From NCBI GenBank assembly GCA_943353165.1, contig CALRAM010000002.1, positions 65,716 to 129,715 on the forward strand: 64,000 nt of DNA, in the 5' to 3' direction. This document shows, in pieces, positions 1 to 11,067 of the stretch; the stretch's first letter is position 1; each line of letters begins with the position of its first letter. A program made the translations under genes and the position numbers. The notes below the pieces were generated by a model that was not told the origin of the DNA, did not search any database, and saw nothing but the letters and a program-made list of their open reading frames with translations. Origin of the DNA: an uncultured Candidatus Saccharimonas sp. Lineage in GTDB: Bacteria > Patescibacteriota > Saccharimonadia > Saccharimonadales > OMJO01.

Positions 1-1271
<1,271 letters not shown>

Positions 1272-1275
1272 CATT

Positions 1276-1593
1276 ATGTCGGACAAAACCGCACAGGAAA
1301 TAATCGACTCGACTAAACAAAAAGAAGAAATAAAACTTAAAGGGGCCACGCCAATGATGCATGTAAAAGTGTATGCTCCGTTCAAGACTTATTTTGACGG
1401 CATGGCAGAGAGCATATCAGCCGTAAACGACACGGGCCCTTTCGATATTTTACCCCAGCACCACAATTTTATGACTCTGCTGAATCCCTGCGAGGTTATA
1501 GTTCGCACCGGAAAGACCGACGAGAGATTGCAGATAAACAAGGGTGTTATGCACGTCAAAGCCGATCAGGTTATTGTGTTCTTGGATGTTTAG
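1276..1593 (+). CDS. atpC: F-type ATP synthase epsilon subunit
   Basis: 105 aa directly after atpD. The beta-sandwich-like N-terminal region (GPFDILPQHHNFMTLL) is typical of epsilon. Confidence 0.7.
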   Translation: MSDKTAQEIIDSTKQKEEIKLKGATPMMHVKVYAPFKTYFDGMAESISAVNDTGPFDILPQHHNFMTLLNPCEVIVRTGKTDERLQINKGVMHVKADQVIVFLDV

Positions 1594-1644
1594 TAGACAA
1601 ATGTGCTATGCTTGTGCTTATAAGTTGTATGCGAAAGGATCTAT

Positions 1645-2214
1645 ATGAAAAATATAAAAAAATCTCAGTCAGGCAGTTCAATTATAGAGTTGATATTACT
1701 ATTACTCCTAATACTAATACTAATTTTGCTGGGCCTATACGTGGCTTCAAAAAACAAAAAATCCAAACAGACACCACCCCAACAAAACGTTAGTCAAAAA
1801 ACAGAAAAAGCACCAGAAACAGTAGCAACCGTAGCGTACCTGAAGATTCCTGAGTGGGGAGTCAAGATAAAACTATCTGCCGACATATTAGACGCTTACT
1901 ACGATTCTAATTCATCTACTACCATGTCGGCTTTTAGCCTTCGAACAAAATCTTTGGACTTAGAACCGGATTGCAAGAACGGCAATCAGTCAGTCGCTGA
2001 CATATTCAAAGTAAAAAAAGATGAAATTGATCCTCAGTATGAATTAGAAGCAAAGAAATACTCCCAAACGCAAAAAGGAGTAACCATAGGCGACAGCTTT
2101 TACTTTACCGGCGAATCACAATATACCTGTGCAGTCGACAAGGCTAACGAATCATTGCTAACCAAAGTCAAAAGAGCTTTTGTGAAAGCAAGTTCCGATA
2201 TAGAAAAATTATAG
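1645..2214 (+). CDS. Prepilin-type N-terminal domain protein (type IV pilin/pseudopilin-like)
   Basis: N-terminus KKSQSG|SSIIELILLLLL: Gly at -1, Glu at +5, then a hydrophobic helix. This is the class III signal-peptide pattern. Confidence 0.45.
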   Translation: MKNIKKSQSGSSIIELILLLLLILILILLGLYVASKNKKSKQTPPQQNVSQKTEKAPETVATVAYLKIPEWGVKIKLSADILDAYYDSNSSTTMSAFSLRTKSLDLEPDCKNGNQSVADIFKVKKDEIDPQYELEAKKYSQTQKGVTIGDSFYFTGESQYTCAVDKANESLLTKVKRAFVKASSDIEKL

Positions 2215-2249
2215 CAAAACAGGGGTAGGTTTGCTATAATCGATATTAT

Positions 2250-3296
2250 ATGGCAAAAAAGTTACGAGTTTTCGTTGGTTTGAGTGGTGGCGTAGATAGC
2301 TCTGTTTGTGCTGCCCTCCTAAAAGAGCAGGGCTACGAGGTAGTAGGGGTTTATATGAAGAATTGGAGTCAGGATTTGCCAGGATTTGCTTGCCCCTGGA
2401 AGGAAGATTACTATGACGCCAAAAGAGTAGCCGTACAGTTGGGTATAAAATTCCAGATGTTTGATTTTGAAAAAGAATATCGCGACAAAGTAGTGGACTA
2501 TATGCTAGAAGCTTTTGAGTCTGGAATAACACCAAACCCAGATATAATGTGCAACCAAGAGATAAAATTCAAGTTGTTTTTAGATACAGCTCTGGACAAA
2601 GGGGCAGATATGATTGCCACAGGTCATTATGCGAATACGGCCGAAGGACAACTATTGATTTCTGCAGATCAGAATAAAGATCAGACATATTTTTTGTATC
2701 GTGTCAGCAGAGATGCCTTGAATAAAACTTTATTTCCACTGGGTAAATACAAAAAACCAGAGGTTAGAAAATTAGCTAAAAAATACGGGCTGATAACTGC
2801 CACCAAAAAAGAAAGTATGGGCATTTGTTTTGTGGGCAAAGTTGGTATAAAGGATTTTTTACAGCAATTTGTTAAAACAAAAGAAGGTAATATTTTAGAC
2901 CAAAAAAACAAAATAATCGGCAGGCACGACGGAGCGATATTCTACACCATAGGTCAAAGACACGGATTGGATGTAGGTGGCGGATTGCCATATTATGTAA
3001 CTGGAAAAGATATGTCTAAAAACGAGGTTTATGTGACTAGCGATATCGACGATGCAAAATTGTGGCGCAAAAATTTTGAATTGACCAGCCTGCACTGGAT
3101 TAACCAGCCACCCCAAAATGACCAAAAGTTGTTCGTTAGGACTAGACACAGAGCACCTCTGACAAAGTGTATTATTTCCGTAACTAACCAAAAAGCCGTA
3201 GTTGTGCTGTCAGCCAAACAACGGGCATTGACTGCAGGTCAATCAGCGGTATTTTATGATGGAAATCGCGTTTTGGGTGGGGGCATAATAATTTAG
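2250..3296 (+). CDS. mnmA: tRNA 2-thiouridine(34) synthase
   Basis: PP-loop SGGVDSS, CNQEIKF and DQTYFL motifs; length 348 aa. Confidence 0.9.
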   Translation: MAKKLRVFVGLSGGVDSSVCAALLKEQGYEVVGVYMKNWSQDLPGFACPWKEDYYDAKRVAVQLGIKFQMFDFEKEYRDKVVDYMLEAFESGITPNPDIMCNQEIKFKLFLDTALDKGADMIATGHYANTAEGQLLISADQNKDQTYFLYRVSRDALNKTLFPLGKYKKPEVRKLAKKYGLITATKKESMGICFVGKVGIKDFLQQFVKTKEGNILDQKNKIIGRHDGAIFYTIGQRHGLDVGGGLPYYVTGKDMSKNEVYVTSDIDDAKLWRKNFELTSLHWINQPPQNDQKLFVRTRHRAPLTKCIISVTNQKAVVVLSAKQRALTAGQSAVFYDGNRVLGGGIII

Positions 3297-3380
3297 AATT
3301 TCGCTAACAGCCGTGGTAAATAACTCGACTGCGTGTAATCTACATTGGTAGTAGACCGTCCCTTTGCTACAATTAAATAT

Positions 3381-5267
3381 ATGACTGCCCAAGAAATACG
3401 CCAAAAATACCTAGACTTTTTTAAAGCACGCAATCATTCTGTGATTCCCAGAGCTTTATTGGTGCCTCAAAACGATCCAACAACTTTATTCACCGGCAGT
3501 GGCATGCAGCCGTTAATTCCCTATTTGTTGGGCGAAAAACATTCTGATGGGACTAGGTTAGCAAACAGTCAGACCTGTCTGCGAGCTCAGGACATAGACG
3601 AAGTAGGCGACAATCGTCACACGACTTTTTTTGAGATGCTGGGTAACTGGAGCCTGGGAGATTACTTTAAAAAAGAACAACTGCCATGGTTTTTTGAGTT
3701 TCTTGTCGAGATAGTTGGACTCGACCCAAGTCGTTTGTACGTAACTTGTTGTAGCGGTTTTCCAGAATACGATGTGCCAAAAGACTCCGAATCCGGCGCT
3801 CTATGGAAACAGTTATTTGAAGCCAAAGGCATCAGTGCCAAAGAAGTAGAAGTCGGTTCCGAAGCGAATGGCTACAAAGTGGGTGCGCAAAACGGCCGCA
3901 TCTTTTATTACGACGAAAAAAACTGGTGGAGTCGCAATGGTCCTCCGCAAGACGTCAAGATAGGCGAACCATGTGGCCCTGACAGCGAAGTATTTTATTT
4001 ATTTGATGAAATTGAACACGACACTTCGTGGGGCGAAAAATGCCACCCCAACTGCGACTGCGGACGCTATATGGAGATTGGTAATTCTGTTTTCATGGAA
4101 TACATTCGCACCAAAGACGGGTTCGAAAAATTACCAAAACAGAATGTTGATTTTGGCGGGGGTCTAGAACGTATTGCGGCTGCTAAACAAAACAACCCAG
4201 ATGTATTCAGGATCAGCATTTTGTGGCCAATTATCGAAGAGCTCCAGAAGTTATCTGGCAAAAAGTATGAAAGCCACACCGAAAGCATGCGCGTGATTGC
4301 CGATCATTTGCGAGCGGCGACTTTCTTGGCTGTCGACGGACTCGTACCGAGCAATAAAGAGCAGGGATACGTAATGCGTAGACTATTACGCCGGGCTATT
4401 CGCTTCGCCTTTGATCTGGGCATCGAGCAAAATTTCTTAGAACAAGTCGTTCCAGTTATTGCTGACATGTACCACAAAGATTATCCAGAAGTTGGCCAGA
4501 AACGCTCTGTTATTATCGAGGTCTTGGTTCGCGAGGAAAAAGTCTTTCGTCAGACGTTACGAAAAGGGCTAAAAGAGTTCAAGAAACTTACTGAAAGTGG
4601 TCTGACAGGCAAAGAAGTTTTTGTGCTTTACGATACCTACGGTTTTCCGCTGGAGCTAAGCCTTGAAGAAGCCTATAAACAAGACGTCAAAGTTTCGGAC
4701 AATTGGCAAAAAGAGTTTGATAATTTGATGAACGAACAGCGGAAACGATCACAAACTGCCAGCAAAGGAATATTTAAGGGTGGTTTGGGCGGCACCAGTT
4801 TACAGCACAAAAAATACCACACCGCTACTCACCTGATGTATCAAGCGTTAAGGGATGTATTGGGTAATCATGTTGTGCAGAACGGCTCAAACATTACCGA
4901 AGAGCGACTGCGGTTTGATTTTAGTCATCCAGAAAAGGTAACACCCGAGCAGATAGAACAAGTTGAAGAAATTGTAAATAAACAGATTGCAAATGATTTA
5001 AAAGTAAGTTTTGAAGAATTTCCTACAAAAGTAGCCGTAGAAGAAAAGGGTGCTTTGGGGCAGTTTGGAGACAGATATGGCGCCACAGTAAAAGTATATA
5101 AAATGATAGCCGATGGTGCAGCAAAACCTTATAGCTTTGAAATATGTGGTGGTCCACATGTTGACCACACCTCGCAATTAGCTGGCTCACCACCCAGAAA
5201 ATTCAAAATCATTAAAGAAGAAAGCTCATCTGCAGGTATCCGAAGGATAAAAGCTATTTTAGTATAA
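3381..5267 (+). CDS. alaS: Alanyl-tRNA synthetase, short form (catalytic plus editing domains, no C-Ala domain)
   Basis: FTGSGMQP catalytic motif; editing-domain HTATHLMYQAL and CGGPHV metal motifs. I prefer the ATG at 3381 (MTAQEIRQKYLDFF) over the upstream start at 3345. Confidence 0.9.
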   Translation: MTAQEIRQKYLDFFKARNHSVIPRALLVPQNDPTTLFTGSGMQPLIPYLLGEKHSDGTRLANSQTCLRAQDIDEVGDNRHTTFFEMLGNWSLGDYFKKEQLPWFFEFLVEIVGLDPSRLYVTCCSGFPEYDVPKDSESGALWKQLFEAKGISAKEVEVGSEANGYKVGAQNGRIFYYDEKNWWSRNGPPQDVKIGEPCGPDSEVFYLFDEIEHDTSWGEKCHPNCDCGRYMEIGNSVFMEYIRTKDGFEKLPKQNVDFGGGLERIAAAKQNNPDVFRISILWPIIEELQKLSGKKYESHTESMRVIADHLRAATFLAVDGLVPSNKEQGYVMRRLLRRAIRFAFDLGIEQNFLEQVVPVIADMYHKDYPEVGQKRSVIIEVLVREEKVFRQTLRKGLKEFKKLTESGLTGKEVFVLYDTYGFPLELSLEEAYKQDVKVSDNWQKEFDNLMNEQRKRSQTASKGIFKGGLGGTSLQHKKYHTATHLMYQALRDVLGNHVVQNGSNITEERLRFDFSHPEKVTPEQIEQVEEIVNKQIANDLKVSFEEFPTKVAVEEKGALGQFGDRYGATVKVYKMIADGAAKPYSFEICGGPHVDHTSQLAGSPPRKFKIIKEESSSAGIRRIKAILV

Positions 5268-5304
5268 AATAACACCGTCAATCCGTGCTATACTGAAATC
5301 AGTT

Positions 5305-6594
5305 ATGCTCAAAAAAATAAAGAGCCTATCAGGGGCACTAATAAACACCAAAAAAGTAGAATCCAAAAACCAGTATATTGTAGGCTTGGATATAGGTACG
5401 GAATTTGTAAAAGCTTTAGTAGCTAGGATTAACGGCGACGCCTTAGAGATCATAGGAGTTGGCCGAGCCCACCAAGATTATAACGATATGCAGGCAGGGG
5501 CTATTTCAGACATTGGAGCTGTAGTGGCTAACTGCAATAATGCTCTAAACCAAGCCGAAAAACAGTCGGGAGTTAGCGTTCGTACGGCCGTTCTGGGGAT
5601 AGCCGGAGAGCTAGTAAAAGGCACTACTACGACAGTAAAGTTTAATCGTAAAAGTGCCGAAAAAGTTCTGGATATCAAAGAGCTGGAGCATATCATTGGT
5701 CTAGTACAAGAGCGAGCCGAAACAAAGGCAAAACAACAGTTAGCGTGGGAGCTAGGGGGCAAGGAAATAGATATCAGATTAGTAAACAGTGCTTTGGTAA
5801 ATATAGAAATAGACAGTCATATGGTCACGAACCCGATTGGTTTTCAGGGCAAAGAAGTAACAGTACAGTTATATACGGCTTTTGCCCCTATGATACATAT
5901 AGGCGCCTTGGAGCGAACGGCTCACGAATTGGATCTAGATTTGTTGGCTATCGCAGCTGAACCTTTTGCTGTTTCACGGTCGGTAATCGGCGATGACCCA
6001 AATGCGACTATGAGCGCAATTTTGATGGACGTAGGGGGTGGCACGACTGACTTGGCCGTCGTAAATGATGGTGGAGTACAAGGCACAAAGATGTTCGGAA
6101 TTGGGGGCAGAGCCTTTACTAGATCCATAGAAAGAGCCCTGGACATAAGTTTTGTTCAGGCAGAAGAAATAAAATTATCATTGGGCACAAACAAAATACC
6201 CAGTTCCAAGGTCTCTGTAATAGAAAAAGCTTTAGACAAAACACTAGAAGTCTGGCTGGGCGGAATCGAGCTAGCCTTGGGCGAGTTTACTAACTTGGAC
6301 CATTTGCCTCACCGCTTACTTTTGTGTGGCGGTGGTTCCAGCCTAGATTTGTTAGTCGACAAACTAGAAGAGAGTTCGTGGTACACTAAATTGCCGTTTA
6401 CTCGTAAACCACTCATACAACACATAAGCCCTAATCAAGTCGTCGGTATCGTCGATAAAACTGGTGATGTAATTGACCACACTTTCATAACCGCCATGGG
6501 ATTGCTTAGAGTCGGACTGGATACACTGCACCAAGAAGACAACAAGCTAACAAGTTCCTTGCGTGATAAAGTAGACAGGATGCTACGCACATGA
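5305..6594 (+). CDS. ftsA: Actin-like ATPase, cell division protein FtsA-like
   Basis: IVGLDIGTEFVKA phosphate-1 motif, DVGGGTTDLAV and LCGGGSSL motifs. Confidence 0.7.
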   Translation: MLKKIKSLSGALINTKKVESKNQYIVGLDIGTEFVKALVARINGDALEIIGVGRAHQDYNDMQAGAISDIGAVVANCNNALNQAEKQSGVSVRTAVLGIAGELVKGTTTTVKFNRKSAEKVLDIKELEHIIGLVQERAETKAKQQLAWELGGKEIDIRLVNSALVNIEIDSHMVTNPIGFQGKEVTVQLYTAFAPMIHIGALERTAHELDLDLLAIAAEPFAVSRSVIGDDPNATMSAILMDVGGGTTDLAVVNDGGVQGTKMFGIGGRAFTRSIERALDISFVQAEEIKLSLGTNKIPSSKVSVIEKALDKTLEVWLGGIELALGEFTNLDHLPHRLLLCGGGSSLDLLVDKLEESSWYTKLPFTRKPLIQHISPNQVVGIVDKTGDVIDHTFITAMGLLRVGLDTLHQEDNKLTSSLRDKVDRMLRT

Positions 6595-8270
6595 GTATAA
6601 CCCAAAAAGACACTATTTATATCGACATAGACGACGAGATAACCTCTGTTATAGAAAAAGTTAATGACAGCAAAAGCAAGATATTGGCGTTAGTATTACC
6701 AAAAAGAGCAGCAGTTTTGCAGAGCACCGTAAATATGCGTTTGCTAAAAAGAGCCGCCAAAGAAAGTAACAAAAGTGTCGTGTTGATAACTTCGGAGACT
6801 GCCCTGTTGCCATTGGCTGGAGTTGTCGGCTTGCATGTGGCTAGAACCTTGAACTCCAAACCAGCTATACCGCCAGCGCCAGACACAGACGCCTCGCACA
6901 TAACCATAGATGATGATCTGTCTAGTTCTGATGTAGAAGAGCTAGTAGATATAGACCCTAAAACAACGGTAGGAGAATTGGCGGGCGACGCCATGCCCAA
7001 CGAAGATGAGCCTATAGTAGTGGATTATGACGAAGACGACCAAGCAAACGAACACAAGACCGAAAAACCTGTAAAAGATAAAAAACTAAAGGTACCCAAT
7101 TTTGACCGTTTCAGGACAATAATATTGCTCGGCGGTGGCGCGTTGGTAATGCTGTTGACGTTAGGGATCTGGGCATTTGTTGTTGCGCCAAAGTCAACTA
7201 TTACGATTAGCACCAACACATCTCCTCTGAGTAGCTCCGTTATATTAACGGCCAGCACATCTGCAAAGACGTTGGACAAGGCCCAGCAAATTGTTCCGGC
7301 CAGCACCAAAGAATCAAAGAAAACCGATACACAAAAAGTTCCGGCCACAGGCGAGAAGAATAATGGCACAAAAGCAGGCGGCACGATGACAGTTTTCTAT
7401 TGTCCAAGCAACGACAACACACAGATTAGTTTGCCAGCAGGTAGTGCTTTCGTAAACAACGGTGTAGTTTTCCGCACAAATGTAGCAGTTACTGTTCCGG
7501 CCAGCAATTTTCTGGGTGGGGGTACATGCAAAAAAGATTTATCTCAAAATGTGGCAGTTACATCAGAACAAGCAGGCGACAAATACAATTTAAGCTCTAG
7601 AAGCTACATTGGTGTAGATAACTCGGCAATTTCGGGAACAGGTTCGGCAATGAGTGGTGGCACTAGCAAAATTGTCAAAGTTGTTAGTCAGTCAGATGTT
7701 GATGCAGCAAAACAACAAATGCTAGACCGCACAAAAACCGCAGCTATAACTGAGCTGACTAAACAGTTCAATGATGCCAATATGTTTGCATTGACCGACA
7801 CTATAACAGCAGTATCTCAGACAGCAACACCGTCGCCGAGCGTCAACGAGGAAGCCTCCGAAACTACTGTAGGTCTAAATGTTACATATGCTATGACGGG
7901 TATCTCGAAATCAGACTTGAAACTCCTAGTAGAGGCCAGCGTAAAGGACAAGATAGATCTTAGCAAAGAACAGATACAAGATGAAGATTACGGGCTAGGC
8001 AAGGCCAGCGTAAAGATTCAAGAAAAGAAGGCCAACGGCGACACAAAAGTAGAGATACAATTTCAGCTGAGCATAGGCCCGAAGCTAGAGATTGATGCGC
8101 TAAAAAAAGAAGTAGCAGGAAAAAAACGCGGCGATGTAGTAAATTTGATAAATAGTAGACCGGGCGTCAAGGATGTTTCTGTTAGATACAGTCCTTTTTG
8201 GGTAATGTCTACTCCTAGCAACCCCTCAAAGATAACCATAGTACTAGAAAAAATAAATGACAATAAATAA
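6591..8270 (+). CDS. Hypothetical bitopic membrane protein, translationally coupled to ftsA
   Basis: ATGA overlap with the ftsA stop. About 95-aa N-terminal domain, acidic linker, one TM helix (ILLGGGALVMLLTLGIWAFVV) and a large Ser/Thr-rich outer domain. Confidence 0.55.
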   Translation: MSITQKDTIYIDIDDEITSVIEKVNDSKSKILALVLPKRAAVLQSTVNMRLLKRAAKESNKSVVLITSETALLPLAGVVGLHVARTLNSKPAIPPAPDTDASHITIDDDLSSSDVEELVDIDPKTTVGELAGDAMPNEDEPIVVDYDEDDQANEHKTEKPVKDKKLKVPNFDRFRTIILLGGGALVMLLTLGIWAFVVAPKSTITISTNTSPLSSSVILTASTSAKTLDKAQQIVPASTKESKKTDTQKVPATGEKNNGTKAGGTMTVFYCPSNDNTQISLPAGSAFVNNGVVFRTNVAVTVPASNFLGGGTCKKDLSQNVAVTSEQAGDKYNLSSRSYIGVDNSAISGTGSAMSGGTSKIVKVVSQSDVDAAKQQMLDRTKTAAITELTKQFNDANMFALTDTITAVSQTATPSPSVNEEASETTVGLNVTYAMTGISKSDLKLLVEASVKDKIDLSKEQIQDEDYGLGKASVKIQEKKANGDTKVEIQFQLSIGPKLEIDALKKEVAGKKRGDVVNLINSRPGVKDVSVRYSPFWVMSTPSNPSKITIVLEKINDNK

Positions 8271-8679
8271 TATACTATCTTTGGATGTTGGTGAAAAGCG
8301 GATTGGTGTAGCTCGGGCAGGCGTGGTGGCACTTTTAGCCCAACCACAAACCACTCTATTAAATGATGCTTTGGTATTCAACAATATCGCCAGACTAACA
8401 GAAGAACTGCAGGTAAGTGAAATAATTGTGGGGTTACCGCGAAACATCAACGATGAAGACACCGAACAGACCAGATATATTAGACGGTTCGCAGATAGTC
8501 TAAAGTCAGAGGTTAGTAGCATAATTATACATTTTCAGGACGAGGCAAATACCAGTCAAAAGGCAAAAGCAGAACTGCAGGAGCGCAATAAGCCCTATGA
8601 AAAAGCTGATATTGATGCACTGGCTGCTACCTACATACTCCAAGATTTTATAGACACACGTAAAGGGTCTGTTAAATGA
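8257..8679 (+). CDS. ruvX: Holliday junction resolvase-like nuclease YqgF/RuvX
   Basis: ILSLDVGEKRIGVA N-terminal motif; 140 aa. Confidence 0.85.
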   Translation: MTINNILSLDVGEKRIGVARAGVVALLAQPQTTLLNDALVFNNIARLTEELQVSEIIVGLPRNINDEDTEQTRYIRRFADSLKSEVSSIIIHFQDEANTSQKAKAELQERNKPYEKADIDALAATYILQDFIDTRKGSVK

Positions 8680-9740
8680 AAATATATACTATAAAAAAGC
8701 TCCAAAAACGCAGTTTAGCTTGGATATCTGCACTCGTAATGTCAGTCATATTGGCTGTTTTGGTATCAAGCATAATAGTAATTAGGTACATATACTTACA
8801 AGATTTGAAGCCAGTCAATGCTTCCCAGAGAAGTGTCAGTATAATTATAAACAGAGGCGCATCAGCCAAACAGATTGGAGTAGAATTAAAAAAACAAAAT
8901 CTGATTCGTAGTAATTGGTCTTTTGAGTGGTATTTACGTAGCAAAGAAATAAGAGATGCCTTGCAATCTGGCACATACGAGCTACGGTCTAGTCAGAGTG
9001 TTCAGGAAATAGTAGATGTGCTAACTCAGGGTAAAATCGTGACTGACTTGGTAACTATTTTGCCAGATCAGCGCATAGGTCAGATTCGAGCTAGATTAAT
9101 TAGCAATGGCTTTAGCGCCAAAGACGTTGACGAAGGTTTGAATCCAGAACTTTACAAGGGCCACCCGGCTCTGGTAGACAAACCCATAGGAGCAAGCTTG
9201 GAGGGGTATTTGTATCCTGAATCTTTCCAAAAATCAGCCGGCACAAAGGTTCAGACTATCATACGGGCGTCTTTGGATGAGATGCAAAAACATTTGACTC
9301 CAGAGCTTCGGGCGGGCATAAATCAGCAAGGACTGACTGTTTACGAAGGAATTATACTTGCTTCTATCGTAGAGAGAGAAGTTTCTGGGCCACAAGATAG
9401 AGCTCAAGTAGCCCAGGTATTTTTGAAACGTATCAAACAAAACATGAAACTTCAATCCGACCCCACGGCTGTCTATGGAGCCATCGAAGCCGGTAAAACA
9501 CTGTCTTTGTATGAATCACTTAGCTTTGATTCGCCTTACAATACTTATATTCGTAACGGTTTACCGGTAGGCCCTATTAGCAATGTGACAGAATCTTCGT
9601 TGCGGGCTGTTGCCAAGCCGGCAAACGGCGATTATCTGTATTTTGTTTCAGGAGATGACGGCAATACTTATTTTTCGCGCACTTTTGAAGAGCACAACAC
9701 TAATGTTGCACTACACTGCAAGAAGTTGTGTGGTTTGTAG
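8676..9740 (+). CDS. mltG: Endolytic murein transglycosylase MltG (YceG family)
   Basis: N-terminal TM helix; YLYPESF and ASIVEREV motifs. Confidence 0.85.
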   Translation: MKIYTIKKLQKRSLAWISALVMSVILAVLVSSIIVIRYIYLQDLKPVNASQRSVSIIINRGASAKQIGVELKKQNLIRSNWSFEWYLRSKEIRDALQSGTYELRSSQSVQEIVDVLTQGKIVTDLVTILPDQRIGQIRARLISNGFSAKDVDEGLNPELYKGHPALVDKPIGASLEGYLYPESFQKSAGTKVQTIIRASLDEMQKHLTPELRAGINQQGLTVYEGIILASIVEREVSGPQDRAQVAQVFLKRIKQNMKLQSDPTAVYGAIEAGKTLSLYESLSFDSPYNTYIRNGLPVGPISNVTESSLRAVAKPANGDYLYFVSGDDGNTYFSRTFEEHNTNVALHCKKLCGL

Positions 9741-9769
9741 TTAACAGATACAGAAATCAAGGGTAACTG

Positions 9770-9798
9770 TTGTTCTATTGTCTCTTTTTTGATACAAT
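9770..9798 (+). promoter_or_regulatory. Sigma70-type promoter: TTGTTC - 17 nt - TACAAT, with TGa extension
   Basis: -35 at 9770-9775 and -10 at 9793-9798, in the 295-nt gap after mltG. Confidence 0.45.
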
Positions 9799-10034
9799 AG
9801 ATTGGCAGTTTCGAGGATTTTTCCTGCATAGGACAGTAATTCTACGAGCTGAGACCAAACAGATTCATTAGTATATATTCTGTTTTTTTAGCATTAGGAC
9901 ATATTTAATGTCAGGAGCACCAAATTCGTACAACCAGCCAGTCAATAAGCGAAAAGCTAAACCTAGCATACACAAAGCAACTAACCAAGATTAGCCATAC
10001 TTTCTCAATACGAAAACCAAAGTCTAGCAAACGG

Positions 10035-11030
10035 TTGATTCGTTACGGTATTTTGGCATTAAATGTTGTAGTACTTTCTATTGTAGTTCTTTTTGTATTG
10101 AAGTCGCCAGACAACGCAAAGATTGCCAAACAGAGTGCCAACTCTTCGAATAGCTCAGAGACTATAACAAATCCTCTAGATCAATTATCTTCAGCCGATA
10201 TCGCCGCCAATGTTGCCCAAATAACTCGTTTGTCGGAAGCTGTAGCGGTAACCAACCAAGCCGATTCGGTTAATGCTCTACTGTCTGTAGCACCAGTCGA
10301 TGACAAATTAACCACCAAACCTCAGATAGTAAACAACACCACAAAGACACGTAAAGATATCAAGAAATACACAGTTGTAGCTGGCGATACGGTGTCAAGT
10401 TTGGCTACCAAATTTGGTGTAACATCAGAGAGCATTCGTTGGTCCAATGGTATTGGCGGAAATAGTAGCTTAACTACCGGAAAAGAATTGTGGATTTCGC
10501 CTATTAGTGACGGTATTGTTTATCTGGTAAAAGCAGGTGACACGGCTCAGAGTTTGGCTAATAGTTATAGAGCGAATAAAGATTCAATCATCAGCTTTAA
10601 CGACGCAGAGTTAGGCGGTTTGCCAGTTGGAGGGCGAATAGTAATTCCTGGCGGAACCCAGCAAAATGTATTTCAGGGTGGAGATTTTAGCTGGCTAGGT
10701 GGATCTGCAATATATTCAAACAATGCTTATGCATTTGGTTGGTGTACTTGGTATGTTGCAAATCGCAGGTCAGAGCTTGGCCGCCCTGTGCCTAGCAATC
10801 TAGGTAATGCAAATACTTGGTATATCAGGGCTGCAGGCCTGGGAGTTCCAACGGGATCTGCGCCAGCCGTTGGAGCGGTAGTGGTGGAAGCGAACATAAA
10901 TCATGTGTCCGTGGTAGAGCAGATAAATGCTGACGGAAGTTTTGTTGTATCCGAAATGAATTATAGAGGCTGGAATGTAAAAACTTCCAGAACAATTGTT
11001 TCAACAGGAGGAATCAAGTTTATTTACTAA
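10035..11030 (+). CDS. Secreted peptidoglycan hydrolase with two LysM domains and a C-terminal CHAP domain
   Basis: LysM repeats (YTVVAGDTVSSLATKFGV, YLVKAGDTAQSLANSY). CHAP Cys motif GWCTWYV and His motif NHVSVV. N-terminal TM anchor. Confidence 0.8.
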   Translation: MIRYGILALNVVVLSIVVLFVLKSPDNAKIAKQSANSSNSSETITNPLDQLSSADIAANVAQITRLSEAVAVTNQADSVNALLSVAPVDDKLTTKPQIVNNTTKTRKDIKKYTVVAGDTVSSLATKFGVTSESIRWSNGIGGNSSLTTGKELWISPISDGIVYLVKAGDTAQSLANSYRANKDSIISFNDAELGGLPVGGRIVIPGGTQQNVFQGGDFSWLGGSAIYSNNAYAFGWCTWYVANRRSELGRPVPSNLGNANTWYIRAAGLGVPTGSAPAVGAVVVEANINHVSVVEQINADGSFVVSEMNYRGWNVKTSRTIVSTGGIKFIY

Positions 11031-11067
11031 ATTAATTGTAGATAAAACAGATTTTGGAAACTAGACT

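Noticed and set aside
9800-10034. A c-di-AMP (ydaO-type) riboswitch upstream of the LysM/CHAP cell-wall hydrolase, which is a common association.
   Set aside because: The leader lacks the conserved ACGGGGA / CCCG-type pseudo-symmetric elements and is AT-rich throughout.
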